A DNA stretch of 34,611 nt from Parcubacteria group bacterium Athens0714_26 (GTDB lineage Bacteria > Patescibacteriota > Minisyncoccia > UBA6257 > 02-FULL-45-10c), in assembly GCA_007376745.1 (NCBI GenBank), contig VMGU01000001.1, positions 1 through 34,611 of the forward strand, written 5' to 3'. Under the pieces are notes generated by a model, which made no database searches, had not been told where the DNA came from, and worked only from the letters and a program-made list of their open reading frames with translations. Positions 32,910-34,611 of the stretch are shown piece by piece. A program made the position numbers and the translations under genes. How positions within the stretch are numbered: position 1 is the first letter of the stretch; each line of letters starts with the position of its first letter.

Positions 32910-32968
32910 GTAGTATTAATTTTAAAAGAGTAATTACTCCGCAACTTACTGCGGGACATCACTAAGGT

Positions 32969-33043
32969 AATCCTTCGACGAGCTCAGGATATTTTCGCCT
33001 TTGATTTTTAATTTGATAATCCTTCGGTGCGGCTCAGAATATT
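32969..33043 (+). repeat. two direct copies, 49 bp apart, of aatccttcg(ac/gt)g(ag/cgg)ctcag(g/a)atatt
   Basis: Copies at 32969-32993 and 33018-33043, read directly. Confidence 0.6.
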
Positions 33044-33049
33044 GTGGGC

Positions 33050-33088
33050 GAAAATAAAAAAATTGGGCGAGAGATTGCTCCCTCGCCC
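33050..33088 (-). terminator. intrinsic terminator of gene 33130-33453
   Basis: gggcgag/ctcgccc stem. On the - strand it is followed by AATTTTTTTATTTT. Confidence 0.7.
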
Positions 33089-33129
33089 ATAAACTAACTG
33101 AAAAGAACTGATGGAAATAAATAATGAAA

Positions 33130-33453
33130 CTAATTGATGATGGGCAATAAAACTTGCTGGCCGGCGTACAAACTATTTTTCAGTTTGTTTTTGCTGACAA
33201 TAATGTCTACCAGCAGACGCGTGTCGGTTTTCACGGAACATGTTTCCGCCAGATCCCATGTGCTTTCGGCGGCAGACTGCACTTCGTAAATTCTCCAGCC
33301 CACAATTTTAATATTATGTTCGTGTGCCCAGACAACAGGATCTTGATCATATTTCAAAATGGATTTCTGTCCATTTTTTAAAATAACCACTGACGCCAAC
33401 ACAGAAACCACCAATACTGCCAAAAACATCAATTTTTTCATTATTTCCTCCAC
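33130..33453 (-). CDS. small secreted or membrane-anchored protein (107 aa); the C-terminus is weakly LysM-like
   Basis: Strong SD ggagg, an N-terminal hydrophobic segment KKLMFLAVLVVSVLASVVIL, and a C-terminal ...WDLAE......N.L......AGQQVLLPI pattern. Confidence 0.55.
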   Translation of the reverse strand: MEEIMKKLMFLAVLVVSVLASVVILKNGQKSILKYDQDPVVWAHEHNIKIVGWRIYEVQSAAESTWDLAETCSVKTDTRLLVDIIVSKNKLKNSLYAGQQVLLPIIN

Positions 33454-33480
33454 GTATTTATTTTATAATGTTCTGAATAT

Positions 33481-33509
33481 AGTATAGCAGGTTTTATAAG
33501 TCTTGTCAA
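33481..33509 (-). promoter_or_regulatory. promoter TTGACA-N17-TATACT for gene 33130-33453
   Basis: Read on the minus strand: -35 is rc of 33504-33509 and -10 is rc of 33481-33486. Confidence 0.55.
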
Positions 33510-33519
33510 CCATTTGCTA

Positions 33520-33548
33520 TTGACATGCTATGGTGAGTATGCTATAAT
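33520..33548 (+). promoter_or_regulatory. consensus promoter TTGACA-N17-TATAAT
   Basis: Perfect hexamers at 33520-33525 and 33543-33548. It lies back-to-back with the minus-strand promoter 10 bp away. Confidence 0.65.
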
Positions 33549-33591
33549 ATATTATATAGTTGCACATTTACACGGGGGAGGGGGTGAGAAA

Positions 33592-33675
33592 ATGGGCAAA
33601 AAGACCATATGCACGGACGATAGCGGAGTCGTATGCTCCTACCAAGATTTCCTTGAGTCCCACGACCAGCAATAA
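33592..33675 (+). CDS. 27-aa sORF, MGKKTICTDDSGVVCSYQDFLESHDQQ
   Basis: Strong SD (gggggagggggtgag) upstream of the ATG, with the consensus promoter upstream and a dedicated terminator downstream. It is not in the ORF track because it is too short. Confidence 0.45.
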   Translation: MGKKTICTDDSGVVCSYQDFLESHDQQ

Positions 33676-33727
33676 TTTCAGGTCCGGACCATTTATAACA
33701 TCCTTTTTGTTTGTTCTTTATTTATTA

Positions 33728-33762
33728 AGAGGTAAGCCTTCACGGTTTGCCTCTTTTATTTT
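33728..33762 (+). terminator. intrinsic terminator of the sORF transcript
   Basis: AGAGGUAAGCC-uucac-GGUUUGCCUCU (two G:U pairs) followed by UUUUAUUUU. Confidence 0.65.
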
Positions 33763-33783
33763 AAAAATTAGCCGCTGGCAAAA

Positions 33784-33819
33784 CATCAAAAAAAGCTCTG
33801 TCAGGTATACCTGACAGAG
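33784..33819 (-). terminator. intrinsic terminator of the TraR/DksA-like gene
   Basis: Perfect 26-nt palindrome gctctgtcaggtatacctgacagagc (33794-33819). On the - strand it is followed by a T7 run. Confidence 0.75.
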
Positions 33820-33846
33820 CCTATGTGTGGGTTGAAACTTAAGTAA

Positions 33847-34095
33847 TTACGAAAGTCTTTTACCTTTAGACGCACATGCCTCGCAGTCATTGGCCGTAGG
33901 GCGAGCTTTAAGGCGTTCAGATTCTATCTTGCGTCCGCACGCGCAAAATCCGTAAGTCTTATTTCTTATTCTTATAAGGGCTTCCCTAAAATCGGACAGC
34001 GCGGCATAACACATGGCTCTTTTTTGATTAATCTCATTTTTTGCAAAAATGAGATTCGTCCGGTCAACTCCGTCATACACATCCTCGGAAGACAA
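33847..34095 (-). CDS. TraR/DksA-family C4 zinc-finger protein (82 aa from a TTG start; the N-terminus may be frameshifted)
   Basis: YGFCACGRKIESERLKARPTANDCEAC fits G.C..CG..I...RL.A.P.A..C..C, with one residue fewer in the first Cys pair. Confidence 0.65.
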   Translation of the reverse strand: MSSEDVYDGVDRTNLIFAKNEINQKRAMCYAALSDFREALIRIRNKTYGFCACGRKIESERLKARPTANDCEACASKGKRLS

Positions 34096-34342
34096 CGCTT
34101 CAATCTCTATAACCGCTTAATTCCACTTTTAATAAAATTATATCCTTGTTTATCCTGACCTCATTTGCCGCCATTTGAGCTTGTCCACACATATTTAATT
34201 TTCCCCCATCCAAAATTTATCTCTCCTTTACGAATAATCACCCTTCACCTCTTTTCTTATAAAGTTTGGCGATGCAAAACACTCGTTACCGTACCTCCTT
34301 TCATTTTTATTAGATGCCGGCTAAATTATTGTAGAGATAAAA

Positions 34343-34433
34343 TTAGGAGAAGTTGATACCCAAAGCTAAAGCCTAAGGCATCGGGGATAGGAGCAAAACG
34401 CATAGTAGCGAATTGCCGCCTCACTTCTCCTAA
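34343..34433 (-). ncRNA. 91-nt structured element closed by a perfect 11-bp helix (ttaggagaagt / acttctcctaa); candidate 5' leader or riboregulator
   Basis: The long-range inverted repeat encloses two internal hairpins (gcaa-uu-cgc/gcg-uu-uugc, and gcc-uua-ggc within ccc/ggg). It lies ~40 nt downstream of a minus-strand promoter. The strand assignment is an inference. Confidence 0.3.
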
Positions 34434-34479
34434 AATATTACTTTATATAAAAGAACGAATAAATATAAACGTAAACATA

Positions 34480-34507
34480 ACTATACCTCTTGCCACAATA
34501 TTGTCAA
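34480..34507 (-). promoter_or_regulatory. promoter TTGACA-N16-TATAGT
   Basis: On the minus strand: -35 is rc of 34502-34507 and -10 is rc of 34480-34485. Confidence 0.5.
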
Positions 34508-34611
34508 ACAGCTGTACTCGTCCATAACATTTGAGACTTTTCAACTGTTAATTTATTACAAATATAACGTAAGGGCGAAATAAGTCCAATCGACCAATGC
34601 GGACGTCTGGT

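Noticed and set aside
32969-33043. Possible CRISPR array, based on two ~25-nt direct repeats 49 bp apart.
   Set aside because: There are only two imperfect copies, no third unit, and no cas genes in the window.
33560-33814. 84-aa ORF from the ORF track.
   Set aside because: It has a TTG-type start without an SD and reads through two terminator hairpins. It ignores the promoter/SD/27-codon ORF/terminator organisation in the other frame.
34165-34356. 63-aa plus-strand ORF.
   Set aside because: Low-complexity translation in a region better explained as the minus-strand leader and N-terminal region of the TraR/DksA-like gene. It has no SD.

Overview
This is a compact, AT-rich bacterial chromosome segment. 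The reduced gene versions suggest a CPR/Patescibacteria (Parcubacteria-like) organism: IF2 of 483 aa, ValRS of 701 aa, a domain-1-less RF2, and a pilin-like surface protein. That assignment is inference only.

Positions 1-28,100 are mostly housekeeping genes: ftsEX, prfB, lepA, rpmA, ctp, def-fmt, tsaD, valS, hsp20, an aminotransferase, an ABC exporter, rbfA-infB, glycosyltransferases and seven tRNA genes.

Positions 28,114-34,611 look accessory. Immediately downstream of tRNA-Ser(GCU) lies a type II R-M pair. Its methyltransferase is translationally fused to a complete LexA-type repressor with the autocleavage site and Ser/Lys dyad intact. Next come a divergent DUF2188 + 2-TM operon, a stand-alone HEPN-like (AbiU2-type RxxxxxH) gene, repeat debris, a stand-alone 27-aa sORF unit and a TraR/DksA-like gene behind a structured leader.

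Main candidates for something new:
1. The LexA-methyltransferase R-M locus and its dyad-bearing divergent promoter.
2. GxxExxY (PD-(D/E)XK) gene cassettes bounded by iteron-type inverted repeats. One sits between ftsE and prfB and one splits def-fmt. A gene-less miniature lies in-frame inside tsaD.
3. A complete tRNA-Cys nested inside a second tRNA-Cys-like gene whose halves are bridged by helices.

No CRISPR array, rRNA or transposase/integrase gene was seen. All calls come from reading the sequence and motif recall; no searches were run.
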